A DNA stretch of 64,000 nucleotides from Armatimonadota bacterium (lineage in GTDB: Bacteria > Armatimonadota > Fimbriimonadia > Fimbriimonadales > Fimbriimonadaceae). A program made the position numbers and the translations under genes. Shown piece by piece: positions 9,981-19,477 of the stretch. The stretch lies in assembly GCA_025360125.1 (NCBI GenBank), contig JANYCU010000012.1:25445-89444 (forward strand), read 5' to 3'. The stretch's first letter is position 1; every line of letters starts with the position of its first letter. The notes beneath the pieces were generated by a model. That model did no database searches. It was not told where the DNA came from and worked only from the letters and a program-made list of their open reading frames with translations.

Positions 9981-10426
9981 TTCTTCGATTCGCTCTCGCT
10001 TTGCACGCTTGGTGCTGAGCGAGAGCTTTCATTGTCGACCGAGCCACATCCGCGGAACATGCCGATCACCATGGAACCGACGATTATGATTATCCAGATT
10101 CCGTAAGGCCCCATTCGACCGAGACCAAAAATCGTTCGCTTAGCCGAATGAACCACCGCCGCTGGTCGAAATTCAATGTTCTGCTTCGCACAGTCCGGAC
10201 AACGCGGACCAGCGGGGCCAATCGCCGCACATTTTGTGCAGATCGGTTTCAGGCACCGGCCGCACTTTAGGTTCGTCTGCTCCTTGGGATGCCGATAGCA
10301 AAATTGCTCATCATCACTCGATGGCCGACTTTGATGGCGCTCATATTCTACGGTATCGAGGCCGCACCGCCCACAGAATTGAACATCATCCTCGTTCTGC
10401 CGACCACATCGGGGACATGATTTCAT
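9977..10426 (-). CDS. Zinc-ribbon / B-box-like membrane-anchored protein
   Basis: Start chosen at MKSCPRCGRQN...FCGRCG (zinc ribbon). A second Cys cluster follows (CYRHP...CGRC..PICTKC...RCPDC), then one TM helix. Divergent from nuoE. Confidence 0.65.
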   Translation of the reverse strand: MKSCPRCGRQNEDDVQFCGRCGLDTVEYERHQSRPSSDDEQFCYRHPKEQTNLKCGRCLKPICTKCAAIGPAGPRCPDCAKQNIEFRPAAVVHSAKRTIFGLGRMGPYGIWIIIIVGSMVIGMFRGCGSVDNESSRSAPSVQSESESKN

Positions 10427-10462
10427 TGATTCGCTCAGTATAACTCCGGTACCCTTATCTTT

Positions 10463-11092
10463 GTGAGCGATCTCCTTCAAATCGGCAGTCCAAATGAGCG
10501 GCCCATGCCGCCGCGCGCCGAAGACCTGACCTTGCAATTTAGCGACCAGGCAATCTCTGAACTCGAAGCCCTGAAGACTCACTATCCAACTTTAAAATCC
10601 TGTATCTTGCCCGCCCTTTGGATCGCCCAGAGAGAATACGGCGGATTCTTGAGCGAAGAGGCAATTTCCGAAGTCGCTTTTCGCCTCAAACGCAGCCCAG
10701 CCGAAGTTCAAGGCGTCGCAACTTTTTACACGATGTACAACACCGAGCATAAGCCAGGCAAGCACAAGATCGAAGTTTGCACCTGCCTTTCGTGTCATTT
10801 CAACGGCGCATTTCGAGTTCGGGATTATATTTCCGAGAAGCTTGGGATCAAAAATCTCGAGACAACCGAGGACGGAATGTTTATGCTCGAAGAGGTCGAA
10901 TGCCTCAACGCTTGCAACCGAGCTCCAGTTGTCCAGGTTGGCGACCAATATTACGGACCTCTCGACGAGAAATCAATTGACGCCCTCCTCGAAAAGCTTC
11001 GCAACACCGACGAGAGTACGGTTACTCAAATGGCGGATCAAATCGTTCAGGTCCAGCTGATGGCTCCCGAGCGAATTGGCACGATTCAATAA
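10463..11092 (+). CDS. nuoE: NADH-quinone oxidoreductase subunit E (24-kDa, 2Fe-2S) homolog
   Basis: YP...S.ILPALWIAQREYG, GVATFYTMY and C.CLSC...VECLNACNRAPVVQV cysteine motifs. Start is uncertain (GTG 10463 or ATG 10505). Confidence 0.9.
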   Translation: MSDLLQIGSPNERPMPPRAEDLTLQFSDQAISELEALKTHYPTLKSCILPALWIAQREYGGFLSEEAISEVAFRLKRSPAEVQGVATFYTMYNTEHKPGKHKIEVCTCLSCHFNGAFRVRDYISEKLGIKNLETTEDGMFMLEEVECLNACNRAPVVQVGDQYYGPLDEKSIDALLEKLRNTDESTVTQMADQIVQVQLMAPERIGTIQ

Positions 11093-11119
11093 GCCCGCAG
11101 ATAGGTAGAATTAGTTCAG

Positions 11120-12424
11120 ATGGCAGAGCATAAGCTTCTTCTTAAACACGCCGACGACCCAGCGTATCAAACGCTGAATGGATACCAGTCAACGGGTGGA
11201 TACAAGAGCCTGGCCAAGGCTCTCAAAATGGAAAAGCAAGCCGTTATCGATGAGATCAAGGCTTCTGGCCTCCGCGGTCGAGGCGGAGCCGGGTTCCCTA
11301 CTTGGATTAAGTGGAATGGCCTGGCCAAAGAAAAAAAGACCGAACACTACGTTGTTTGTAACGCGGACGAAGGCGAACCTGGCACATTTAAAGATAAGCA
11401 GTTAATGGAAACCTGTCCTTTCCTGTTGGTCGAGGGCATGACCATTGCTGCCTACGCCGTTCAGGGCGATGTTGGTTACATCTACATTCGGGCTGAATTC
11501 ATGGATGCCGCCAAAGCTGTTCGCAAAGCCATCGACGAAGCCTACGCAAACAATTTGCTCGGTAAAAATATTTTGGGCTCTGGGTTTTCATTCGATCTCC
11601 ACATCCACCTCGGCGCAGGTTCGTACGAGTGTGGCGAAGAGTCGGCTTTGATGTCGAGCCTGATGGGCGAGCGCGGAATGCCACGCCTTAAGTTCCCCCA
11701 CGCGCCACTGCCAACCGTGAGCGGAGTTTGGGAAAAGCCAACCTTGCTAAACAACGTTGAGACCTTTGCCTGCGCTTGCCCAATCATAAGCGGTGGCGGC
11801 GAAGAGTACGCAAAGCTCGGAGCATCGACTAAGAACAGTCGTGGCACCAAGATTTTCTCGGTCAGCGGTCACGTCAACAAGCCGGGCAACTACGAAATTG
11901 AATTTGGCACTCCGCTCAAAGAGCTTTTGGAGCTCGCAGGCGGAATAAAGGGCGGAAAGATCAAGGCGTGTATTCCCGGTGGGTCGTCGATGCCAGTCAT
12001 CAAGCCCGATGAAATTGACCGCGCCATCATTGGCTACGAGGAATTTGGCGAGGTTGGTTCGATGGTTGGTTCGGGTGGCTGTATGTTCTTTAATGAGCAT
12101 ACCGACATCGTGATGCTCTGCTGGCGAACGGCCCAGTTCTACGCCAACGAATCGTGCGGAAAGTGCACCCCATGTCGGGAGGGTACGCGCTGGATGAATC
12201 AGATTCTCGATCGGATTGTCGCGGGCAACGGACAAAAAGGCGATAAAGAACTTTTGGTCGAAGTCGCGAGCCAGATCGAGGGTCGATCGTTTTGCGCCCT
12301 CGGCGAAGCGGCAGCATGGCCAGTCAAAGGGTTCATTCGACAATTCCCAGAAGAATTTGATTATTGGATCGAGCATGGCAAGAGCCCGGTGACGAGTAAA
12401 GAATCGTTTGCCTTAGTTCCTTAA
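11120..12424 (+). CDS. nuoF: NADH-quinone oxidoreductase subunit F (51-kDa, FMN/NADH/4Fe-4S) homolog
   Basis: GLRGRGGAGFPTW.KW, CNADEGEPGTFKD, GAGSYECGEESAL and ESCGKCTPCREG motifs. Confidence 0.95.
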   Translation: MAEHKLLLKHADDPAYQTLNGYQSTGGYKSLAKALKMEKQAVIDEIKASGLRGRGGAGFPTWIKWNGLAKEKKTEHYVVCNADEGEPGTFKDKQLMETCPFLLVEGMTIAAYAVQGDVGYIYIRAEFMDAAKAVRKAIDEAYANNLLGKNILGSGFSFDLHIHLGAGSYECGEESALMSSLMGERGMPRLKFPHAPLPTVSGVWEKPTLLNNVETFACACPIISGGGEEYAKLGASTKNSRGTKIFSVSGHVNKPGNYEIEFGTPLKELLELAGGIKGGKIKACIPGGSSMPVIKPDEIDRAIIGYEEFGEVGSMVGSGGCMFFNEHTDIVMLCWRTAQFYANESCGKCTPCREGTRWMNQILDRIVAGNGQKGDKELLVEVASQIEGRSFCALGEAAAWPVKGFIRQFPEEFDYWIEHGKSPVTSKESFALVP

Positions 12425-12425
12425 A

Positions 12426-12677
12426 GTGGATCGCTTCCCTATCCAAATCAAATCGCTGTCTGATTTTGAATCGGATCTTCATGATTTAGGTTGTCGAGTA
12501 ACGTCACGAACAACGCTCAAAGCCTATCCCGGCAGCACTCATTGGCACATCAAACGGGTCGAACCAGCAACTGGAACACTTGAATTGACCGTCGAAGCCA
12601 ATGGACAGGCTTGGTTATCGGTTCATTCGAACCGTCATTCGTCGTGGATTGACGATGTTGTGCGCCAGTTGACGTAG
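12426..12677 (+). CDS. Hypothetical 83-aa protein coupled to nuoF
   Basis: GTG start 1 nt after the nuoF stop. No recognisable domain. Confidence 0.5.
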   Translation: MDRFPIQIKSLSDFESDLHDLGCRVTSRTTLKAYPGSTHWHIKRVEPATGTLELTVEANGQAWLSVHSNRHSSWIDDVVRQLT

Positions 12678-12697
12678 ATGTTAGTGACTCCCAACTG

Positions 12698-13894
12698 ATG
12701 ACTACCGAAGCCCTAGAAGCAATCTCCAATATCCGAGAAAACTGGAAACGAGCGCTCCTTACCTCGAGCGGCGTCATGGCCGCAACCATTGCGATCATGC
12801 TGCTAGCGAGCATTGCGGTCGGCGTTAAAAAAGACTTCACAGACCAAGTAGAAGACCTCGGCGTAAACACGATCATCGTTATTCCGAGCAAGATTGGAAA
12901 CGGCTTTCCTAACATGAACCTGGGTGGCGCGAGCTACCTCAAAGAACAAGATACCGAAGCAATCGCAAAGATTCCCGGCGTCGTGCGCGTGGCCGCCTGG
13001 ACGTTCGTCGGTGGCGGGGCAAACTACAAGGATAAGATGGCCAGCAGCTTTTTGGTTGCCGCTACTCCCGAGTGGTTCCAAATCAAGAAATTCGACCTCG
13101 CAGCAGGACGCCTTTTGGAACCACGAGACAACACCCAAGATGTGTGCATCATAGGCTCAATTGCAAAAGAAAGCCTTTTTGCCACGAGCAACGCAATCGG
13201 CGAGAAGATCAAAATCAACGGGCGGAATTACGAAGTAGTAGGCGTCACTCACGATCAATCTCAAGAGTCCAGCATCATGTCTTTTGGTGGCTTTCAGAAT
13301 TTCATTTATGTTCCCTACGCGGGAATCCACCAACGCGAACCTACGAGCCAAACCGACCGAATCATGATCCAACTGGATCCCAATCGGGAGCCAAATCACA
13401 TTCTTGATGAAATCCGCAGGACGCTTCGGTCCCACCTCGATGAAGATCAATTCGACCTTCTGACCCAGAAGGACTTGCTCAAAATTGTCTTTCGGTTTAC
13501 AGACATTCTGCAGTGGCTCTTGATTGGCCTCACGGCAATCGCGCTCTTCATCGGCGGCATCGGAATAATGAACGTCATGTTGCTGAGTGTCGGCGAACGG
13601 ACGACCGAAATCGGTATCCGTAAAGCTACTGGTGCGAATCAAGCCGCCATTTTCCGACTATTTCTAGCTGAAAGTATCATGATCAGCCTTTTCGGCGTGG
13701 CTATCGGCCTCGGCTTTAGTCTTCTCGTTTGCAAAATGATCGACCGTTTCACTCCGGTCCATCCAATCATCACCGTCGTCACGGTTTTAGGAACGATCCT
13801 TTCCGGAATCCTGACCGGAACATTTTTTGGCATTTTGCCCGCTTCCCGAGCGGCCAAACTTGATCCTGTGCGAGCAATCCAAAATCCAAATTAG
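12698..13894 (+). CDS. ABC transporter permease, MacB/FtsX family
   Basis: N-terminal TM helix, a large periplasmic MacB-like domain, and a C-terminal FtsX region (ERT.EIGIRKA.GA....I...FL.E) with 3 TM helices. Confidence 0.9.
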   Translation: MTTEALEAISNIRENWKRALLTSSGVMAATIAIMLLASIAVGVKKDFTDQVEDLGVNTIIVIPSKIGNGFPNMNLGGASYLKEQDTEAIAKIPGVVRVAAWTFVGGGANYKDKMASSFLVAATPEWFQIKKFDLAAGRLLEPRDNTQDVCIIGSIAKESLFATSNAIGEKIKINGRNYEVVGVTHDQSQESSIMSFGGFQNFIYVPYAGIHQREPTSQTDRIMIQLDPNREPNHILDEIRRTLRSHLDEDQFDLLTQKDLLKIVFRFTDILQWLLIGLTAIALFIGGIGIMNVMLLSVGERTTEIGIRKATGANQAAIFRLFLAESIMISLFGVAIGLGFSLLVCKMIDRFTPVHPIITVVTVLGTILSGILTGTFFGILPASRAAKLDPVRAIQNPN

Positions 13895-13970
13895 TTCGAA
13901 CCAGTCTAAATTTGACTTTTGCGATCGTCCTCGCCAGTTATCCTTTCCCCCTGGGTAACATTCCCGCATC

Positions 13971-15797
13971 GTGAAACTTGCATTTATTACCCTAGCGACA
14001 CTGCTTTCCGTTTCGGCGGTGATGGCTCAACAGGTACGCCCGGCCAGCCCATTTGCCGATCAGTACGAACCTCACGAATACAACATTCCAATGCGCGACG
14101 GAGTGAAGCTGTACACCCTCGCCTGGGTTCCCAAAGGCGCCACCGGCAAAGAGCCAATGATCATGGAGCGAACCTGCTATGGTGCTGGGTCTCCCACCCA
14201 AGGCGTGCGCGTTCGCAACAAGTGGATGGGCGACGCAAAGTACATCTTCGTCTTTCAGGACGTGCGGGGCAAAGGCAAGAGTGAGGGCGATTTCGTCAAT
14301 GTGCGCCCCCTGAAATCGGGCACCGAGACCATCGATGAGACGACTGACACATGGGACACCTGCGAGGCTCTCACGAAACTTGTGCCCAACAACAACGGCA
14401 ACATTGGCCTGTGGGGCATTAGCTACCCAGGCTTTTACGCGGGAATCGGGGCCATTCACACCCATCCAGCTCTCAAGGCGGTTTCGCCCCAGGCTCCAGT
14501 CAGCGACTGGTTCATCGGCGACGACTGTCACCACAACGGCGCGTTGTACCTGCAAGAGTCGTTCGACTTTTCGTCCGGGTTCGACGTTCCGCGCGGCGGC
14601 ACTCGGCCGGTGGTCAGCAAGGGTGACAAGAGCGCGTATCAGTTCTATCTGGATGCAGGCGCGCTGCCCAACCTGGATAAGAATTACTACAAGGGCCTCA
14701 TTCCTTACTGGAACGAGCTGATTAGCCACGACACCTACGACCAATACTGGAAAGACCGATCTCTGCCTCGTCACTTTAGCGATGTGAAGTGCGCGGTACT
14801 GACGGTTGGCGGATTCTTTGACAAGGAAGATATGTGGGGGGCGCTGAACCTGTTCCAGGCCGGGCAGAAGTCGCACGTTCGGGATAACTTTATCGTCATG
14901 GGTCCGTGGCTGCATGGCGGATTTACACGAACTGGCGACGTGCTGGGCGAAGTGAAATTCGGGGCTCCGACTGGCGATTGGTATAAGGAAAAGATTGAGT
15001 TTCCGTTCTTCGAGCGGTATCTGAACGGGAAAGACGTAAAGGCTCCGGCAAAGGCGACGGTTTTTGAGACGGGCGTGAACCAGTGGCACGAGTTTGCCGA
15101 GTGGCCGCCACGTGGCCTGCGGGCTTCGTCGGTGTTTTTGGGCACTGGCGGTCAGCTACTGTCCAAGCCCGATGCGGCTGGTTCAGAGACTTCTTATGTG
15201 AATGATCCTTTACATCCTACTCCGTACCTTTGGGACTATGAGAACAGCAAACGGTCTCCCGGCGACTGGCTGATTTATGATCAGCGATTTGCCGAGAAAC
15301 GATCGGACGTTTTGACGTATCGCTCGGCGCCGATGGCGACCAATTTTCAGATTGTCGGCAAGATCGATGCGAACATGTTCATCAAGACCACCGGGACGGA
15401 TTGCGATTTGGTGGTAAAGGTGATCGACGAGTATCCCGCGGATTCTACAGAGACTTCCGCGACAGATGCCACAAAATCGATGGCTAATTTTCAGATGATG
15501 GTTAGGTCAGATATCTTCCGTTGCAAGTTTCGAGAAAGCTTTGAGATGCCTAAGCCGATCGTGCCGGGGCAGGTGACCAAGGTTGCGTTTAAGCTGAACG
15601 AGACGATACACATGTTCAAGAAGGGTCACCGAATCATGATTCAGGTGCAGAGCAACTGGTTCCCGATCGCGGATCGCAACCCGAACAAGTTCATGAAGAT
15701 TCAAGATGCGTTGGATTCGGATTTTCAGAAAGCAACCATCTCGATTGAGCAAGGTGGGAAGTCGGCAAGCAACGTGACGTTCTGGACAATCAAATAG
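13971..15797 (+). CDS. CocE/NonD family hydrolase (X-Pro dipeptidyl-peptidase S15-like), secreted
   Basis: GTG start with a signal peptide. Typical layout is DGVKLYT...P.I..RT.YG, GISYPG nucleophile elbow, and a C-terminal beta-sandwich with HRIMIQVQSNWFP. Confidence 0.85.
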   Translation: MKLAFITLATLLSVSAVMAQQVRPASPFADQYEPHEYNIPMRDGVKLYTLAWVPKGATGKEPMIMERTCYGAGSPTQGVRVRNKWMGDAKYIFVFQDVRGKGKSEGDFVNVRPLKSGTETIDETTDTWDTCEALTKLVPNNNGNIGLWGISYPGFYAGIGAIHTHPALKAVSPQAPVSDWFIGDDCHHNGALYLQESFDFSSGFDVPRGGTRPVVSKGDKSAYQFYLDAGALPNLDKNYYKGLIPYWNELISHDTYDQYWKDRSLPRHFSDVKCAVLTVGGFFDKEDMWGALNLFQAGQKSHVRDNFIVMGPWLHGGFTRTGDVLGEVKFGAPTGDWYKEKIEFPFFERYLNGKDVKAPAKATVFETGVNQWHEFAEWPPRGLRASSVFLGTGGQLLSKPDAAGSETSYVNDPLHPTPYLWDYENSKRSPGDWLIYDQRFAEKRSDVLTYRSAPMATNFQIVGKIDANMFIKTTGTDCDLVVKVIDEYPADSTETSATDATKSMANFQMMVRSDIFRCKFRESFEMPKPIVPGQVTKVAFKLNETIHMFKKGHRIMIQVQSNWFPIADRNPNKFMKIQDALDSDFQKATISIEQGGKSASNVTFWTIK

Positions 15798-15824
15798 CCA
15801 CGAACTTCAAGCTAAAATGGGGGA

Positions 15825-16424
15825 GTGAATCTCTATTTGATTCGTCACGGGCGGACGAGTAACAACCTTGAGCAAGTTGCTCAAGGTTGGGCCGATCCTG
15901 ACCTTGATGAAGTCGGTTTTCACCAAGCGGAAATGGTGGCCAATTATTTTGAAAGCATCCGACTCGACCAAATTTATTCCAGCGACCTTAAGCGCAGCGT
16001 CCAGACCGCAACGCCAACTTCCACCAAACAAGCCGTATCGATCATTACTTCTCAATTACTGCGGGAACGCTCAATGGGTGAACTCGAAAACGCGCCCATG
16101 GCCGAGCTAAGGCACGCCTTTGACACCGAAGTCCGGCGAACGGGTGAGAGTCGATTTCGATGTAGTCCCCACGGGGTTGAAAGTGCATACGACGTCATAA
16201 ATCGAGTCGCAGAATTCGCCCAATCACTTTCAACAGAGCAAGGTCACGTCGCGGTTTTTACCCACGGCATGGCCGAAGAGTGTTTGCTCTGCGCTTTGCT
16301 CGGTGCTCCAGTTGAATCCAGCCGGAGTTTCAATTTCGACAATGCATCAATTTCAACGCTCACTTGGCGCGTAGACGTCTGGCAATTAGAGACCTACAAT
16401 ACGACAGCTCATCTAGTGGGTTGA
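15825..16424 (+). CDS. Histidine phosphatase family protein (phosphoglycerate mutase-like)
   Basis: LYLIRHGRTSNN RHG motif and a downstream SDL.R motif. C-terminal HG motif present. Confidence 0.85.
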   Translation: MNLYLIRHGRTSNNLEQVAQGWADPDLDEVGFHQAEMVANYFESIRLDQIYSSDLKRSVQTATPTSTKQAVSIITSQLLRERSMGELENAPMAELRHAFDTEVRRTGESRFRCSPHGVESAYDVINRVAEFAQSLSTEQGHVAVFTHGMAEECLLCALLGAPVESSRSFNFDNASISTLTWRVDVWQLETYNTTAHLVG

Positions 16425-17678
16425 ACCGGGATTAATCAGCGCGAGGGGCGCCAACTCCATGTTCATCACATCTTGACCAATAGCCTTGCCGAGAGCCAAT
16501 CCCGCGATATTGTCGAATTGGAAATGAATTCCTCCGTAAATTCGACTTTGACCAGCTTCTTGGGCCGCTTGCCAAAAATTCTTAAACGTTCGAGGCTTGA
16601 CATCAAAATGCGGATCACCCTTATAGGTAAACGAAACTTTGTCGCCAAATAAGGCCGTCAAAATGGTTGCTCCGGCTGAACTAAATGTACTGTGACCACT
16701 GACGTACGATGGGAAATTGGGCGTATTCAACAATGGTCTCCAAGCTTTGTCTCCCGTTGTTTCGGCAATTCCGTCGTCGTCTGCGTTCGTAATGGCTGTA
16801 ATCGGTCGCCATACATTGTACGTGTACTTACATTCCCAAGCCGCGATACCGGCATCAGCCAGTGCAATATTGAGCAAAGCATAGGTTCTCGATGATTCGA
16901 GAAGGCTCAATTTCCTGGTCAGAATGACTCCAGCAGCAATTTGATTCCATGCACCGGGAGGTGTAATCGTGCCCCCACCAAATGCCCAAAATTTCGCGGT
17001 TTCACCTTGGTTTGGAGTTCGCTTGGTGCTCACCTTTCCGCCAAAATCCTTCACTTCGTTATAGTCATCAAGATAGGTCTTTGAATGAAGATCAATGTTG
17101 TGAGGACGCATCTCGTCGCCCTTCATTAAGCAAAAAGTAGTTACCCTACCCCAAAATGGCGTTGAGGCTTTTACGTCGGCTTGCACCGATTCTCGGTACA
17201 AACCAACCGCGTTGCTCACTGGGTTCTTCCCTTCCGACAAATACGTTCCGTCGTTGGCTCTGCCATCAATGATTGCCTTGGCGCTTTCTTCACCAATTCT
17301 CAATCCTTCTTGGACAGATTTCGAGTTCCCCAATTCAGCCATCGCCTGCTTAAGATACAAGGCGTAGCTCGTTCGGCGAGAATTACTGATGTCGCGTAAT
17401 ACTGCGACGCTGGCAGCAATGACTGCAGCTCGTTCAGAAGCACCGGGGGTCTTGTGAATCGGCGCATATTTGTATGGCTTGTAGTGGCCCGAGATGGCAT
17501 TGATGGCATCAAATTGGGCAATTGAAAGAACAGCCATGTTGCGCGACATATAAGGTGGTGGCGCCGAACCCAACCGGGTGAAATCGATGAGAACTGAATT
17601 CCAAAAGGCCACTTCGTTGGCATCAACTGGATCACCAACCGTACTGATCAAAAAACTAAATGCTGCAAGACCAATCAT
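16413..17678 (-). CDS. PAP2 superfamily / vanadium-dependent haloperoxidase-like protein
   Basis: PSYVSGHSTFSSAGA and SRIYGGIHFQFD motifs of the acid phosphatase/haloperoxidase fold. N-terminal signal-like segment. Confidence 0.8.
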   Translation of the reverse strand: MIGLAAFSFLISTVGDPVDANEVAFWNSVLIDFTRLGSAPPPYMSRNMAVLSIAQFDAINAISGHYKPYKYAPIHKTPGASERAAVIAASVAVLRDISNSRRTSYALYLKQAMAELGNSKSVQEGLRIGEESAKAIIDGRANDGTYLSEGKNPVSNAVGLYRESVQADVKASTPFWGRVTTFCLMKGDEMRPHNIDLHSKTYLDDYNEVKDFGGKVSTKRTPNQGETAKFWAFGGGTITPPGAWNQIAAGVILTRKLSLLESSRTYALLNIALADAGIAAWECKYTYNVWRPITAITNADDDGIAETTGDKAWRPLLNTPNFPSYVSGHSTFSSAGATILTALFGDKVSFTYKGDPHFDVKPRTFKNFWQAAQEAGQSRIYGGIHFQFDNIAGLALGKAIGQDVMNMELAPLALINPGSTH

Positions 17679-17920
17679 TGACTACTATCCTTGCTAAATT
17701 GTACATGAATGGACAATTTCCTAAATGAAAATGACTTGTGTGATCCGTATGAATACTGGAATATCGACAACATCATGCCTTTTTTAACTTGGCAGAATGT
17801 CATTCAGCCAAAATTGATCTGAAATACGCGAATCGTGCCGAACTTTGGACTCATTCATGCGTTAATCAAATCTGTCGAACAAGAGTATTCGTTGATGATT
17901 ATGAGGGAACCACTGCAACC

Positions 17921-19477
17921 ATGATTCAAACAAGTAACGGAGTTGCTTCTCCCTTTACAGCGGTGAACCTTGAGGGTCGCAAAATTGAAGATGCTCTGAT
18001 CGATCTGATTCCGGGCGAATTTGCAATCAAAAATCAGGTTTTACCTCTCACAAATGAACCCAACAAGCTGATCGTTGCAATTGGTTCATTGGATGCAATA
18101 CCCGCAATCCAAGACCTTGAAGTTCTTCTCCAAAAGCCCGTTGAGGCAATGATGGCCGACCCGGCCCAACTGAAGGACAAGATTGAAGAAGTCTTCCTTG
18201 AAAAGATTTTAAGTGGCATTTCTGGTGCTCAAGACAACGAATCCGCAATCGTCGATGCCGACGAGAACACGGACCTCGCCGACCTAACCAAGATGGCGGG
18301 CGAAACCGCCGTCGTGCAAATGATCAACCTGATCTTTGCCCAGGCTGTTCGCGACGGTGCGTCCGACATCCACATCGAGGCTTACGAAAAGGAAGTTAAG
18401 ATTCGATTCCGTGTTGACGGTATGTTGCATGAAATGATGCGGCCACCGAAGCGAATGCACGCCGCCCTGATTTCTCGTCTGAAAATTCTTGGTGAAATGA
18501 ACATTGCCGAGCGGCGACTGCCCCAAGATGGCCGAATCAAGATTAACATTGCTGGTCGCCAAGTTGACGTTCGCGTTTCGATTTTGCCGACGGTTTTTGG
18601 CGAGCGCGCAGTTATGCGTATTCTCGACAAGGGCACCGCGATGCTTGGCCTCGAAGAGTTGGGCGTCGCGCCAGACGTTTTGGCCCGCTACCGGAAAGTC
18701 ATCTCGCAACCTTACGGCATCATTTTGGCGACCGGACCAACTGGCGCCGGAAAGTCCACCACGCTTTATGCATCGCTCCAAGAGATCTGGTCTCCAACCA
18801 CCAACATCATCACGGTTGAAGATCCGGTCGAGTACCAAGTTGCGGGTATCAGTCAGATGCAAGTTCGAGCCAATATCGGTCTGACGTTTGCGTCCGGTTT
18901 GCGTTCCATCGTTCGTCAGGACCCTGACGTCATCATGGTTGGTGAAATCCGAGACCATGAAACGGCCGACATTGCCATCCACGCCTCCCTTACGGGTCAC
19001 TTGGTTTTCAGTACGCTTCATACTAACGATGCCGCTGGCGCGGTTACTCGACTGCTCGACATGGGCGTCGAACCGTTTCTCGTTTCTTCTTCGCTGATTG
19101 GGGTTATTGCTCAGCGACTCGTCCGCCGAAATTGTCCGTTCTGCTCGGTATTGGTCGGCCCGCCATCCGTTGAATTCATCGAAGCTCTCGGTATCACTCC
19201 CGAAGAAGCCGCGTCCGGTCAATTCAAAGAAGGCAAAGGCTGTCCAAAGTGCAATAACACTGGGTTCAAGGGGCGACAAGGATTGTACGAATTGTTCGTT
19301 GTTGATGAGCCACTGAAGAAGATGATTGTCGACCGACGATCGTCAAACGAATTGAAGCTTTACGCAATCAAGAACCAAGGGCTCAAATCCTTGCTATCCG
19401 ATGGAAAGTTGAACGTTTTGAACGGAAAGACCACGCCGAAAGAAATCCTCCGAGTAGTCCAGAGGGAGGAACTCTAA
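17921..19477 (+). CDS. gspE: Type II secretion / type IV pilus assembly ATPase (GspE/PilB family)
   Basis: T2SSE N-domain, Walker A GPTGAGKSTT, Asp/His boxes, and the tetracysteine CPFC...CPKC motif. ATG 17921 is preferred over the upstream 17789 start. Confidence 0.92.
   Translation: MIQTSNGVASPFTAVNLEGRKIEDALIDLIPGEFAIKNQVLPLTNEPNKLIVAIGSLDAIPAIQDLEVLLQKPVEAMMADPAQLKDKIEEVFLEKILSGISGAQDNESAIVDADENTDLADLTKMAGETAVVQMINLIFAQAVRDGASDIHIEAYEKEVKIRFRVDGMLHEMMRPPKRMHAALISRLKILGEMNIAERRLPQDGRIKINIAGRQVDVRVSILPTVFGERAVMRILDKGTAMLGLEELGVAPDVLARYRKVISQPYGIILATGPTGAGKSTTLYASLQEIWSPTTNIITVEDPVEYQVAGISQMQVRANIGLTFASGLRSIVRQDPDVIMVGEIRDHETADIAIHASLTGHLVFSTLHTNDAAGAVTRLLDMGVEPFLVSSSLIGVIAQRLVRRNCPFCSVLVGPPSVEFIEALGITPEEAASGQFKEGKGCPKCNNTGFKGRQGLYELFVVDEPLKKMIVDRRSSNELKLYAIKNQGLKSLLSDGKLNVLNGKTTPKEILRVVQREEL

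Noticed and set aside
13992-15089. 365-aa minus-strand ORF antisense to the CocE/NonD hydrolase gene.
   Set aside because: It lies entirely within a well-supported plus-strand gene. It is Arg/Val/Ala-rich, typical of antisense frames in GC-rich codon usage.
18284-19279. 331-aa minus-strand ORF antisense to gspE.
   Set aside because: The opposite strand carries an unambiguous GspE ATPase with all motifs. The antisense product has no recognisable features.
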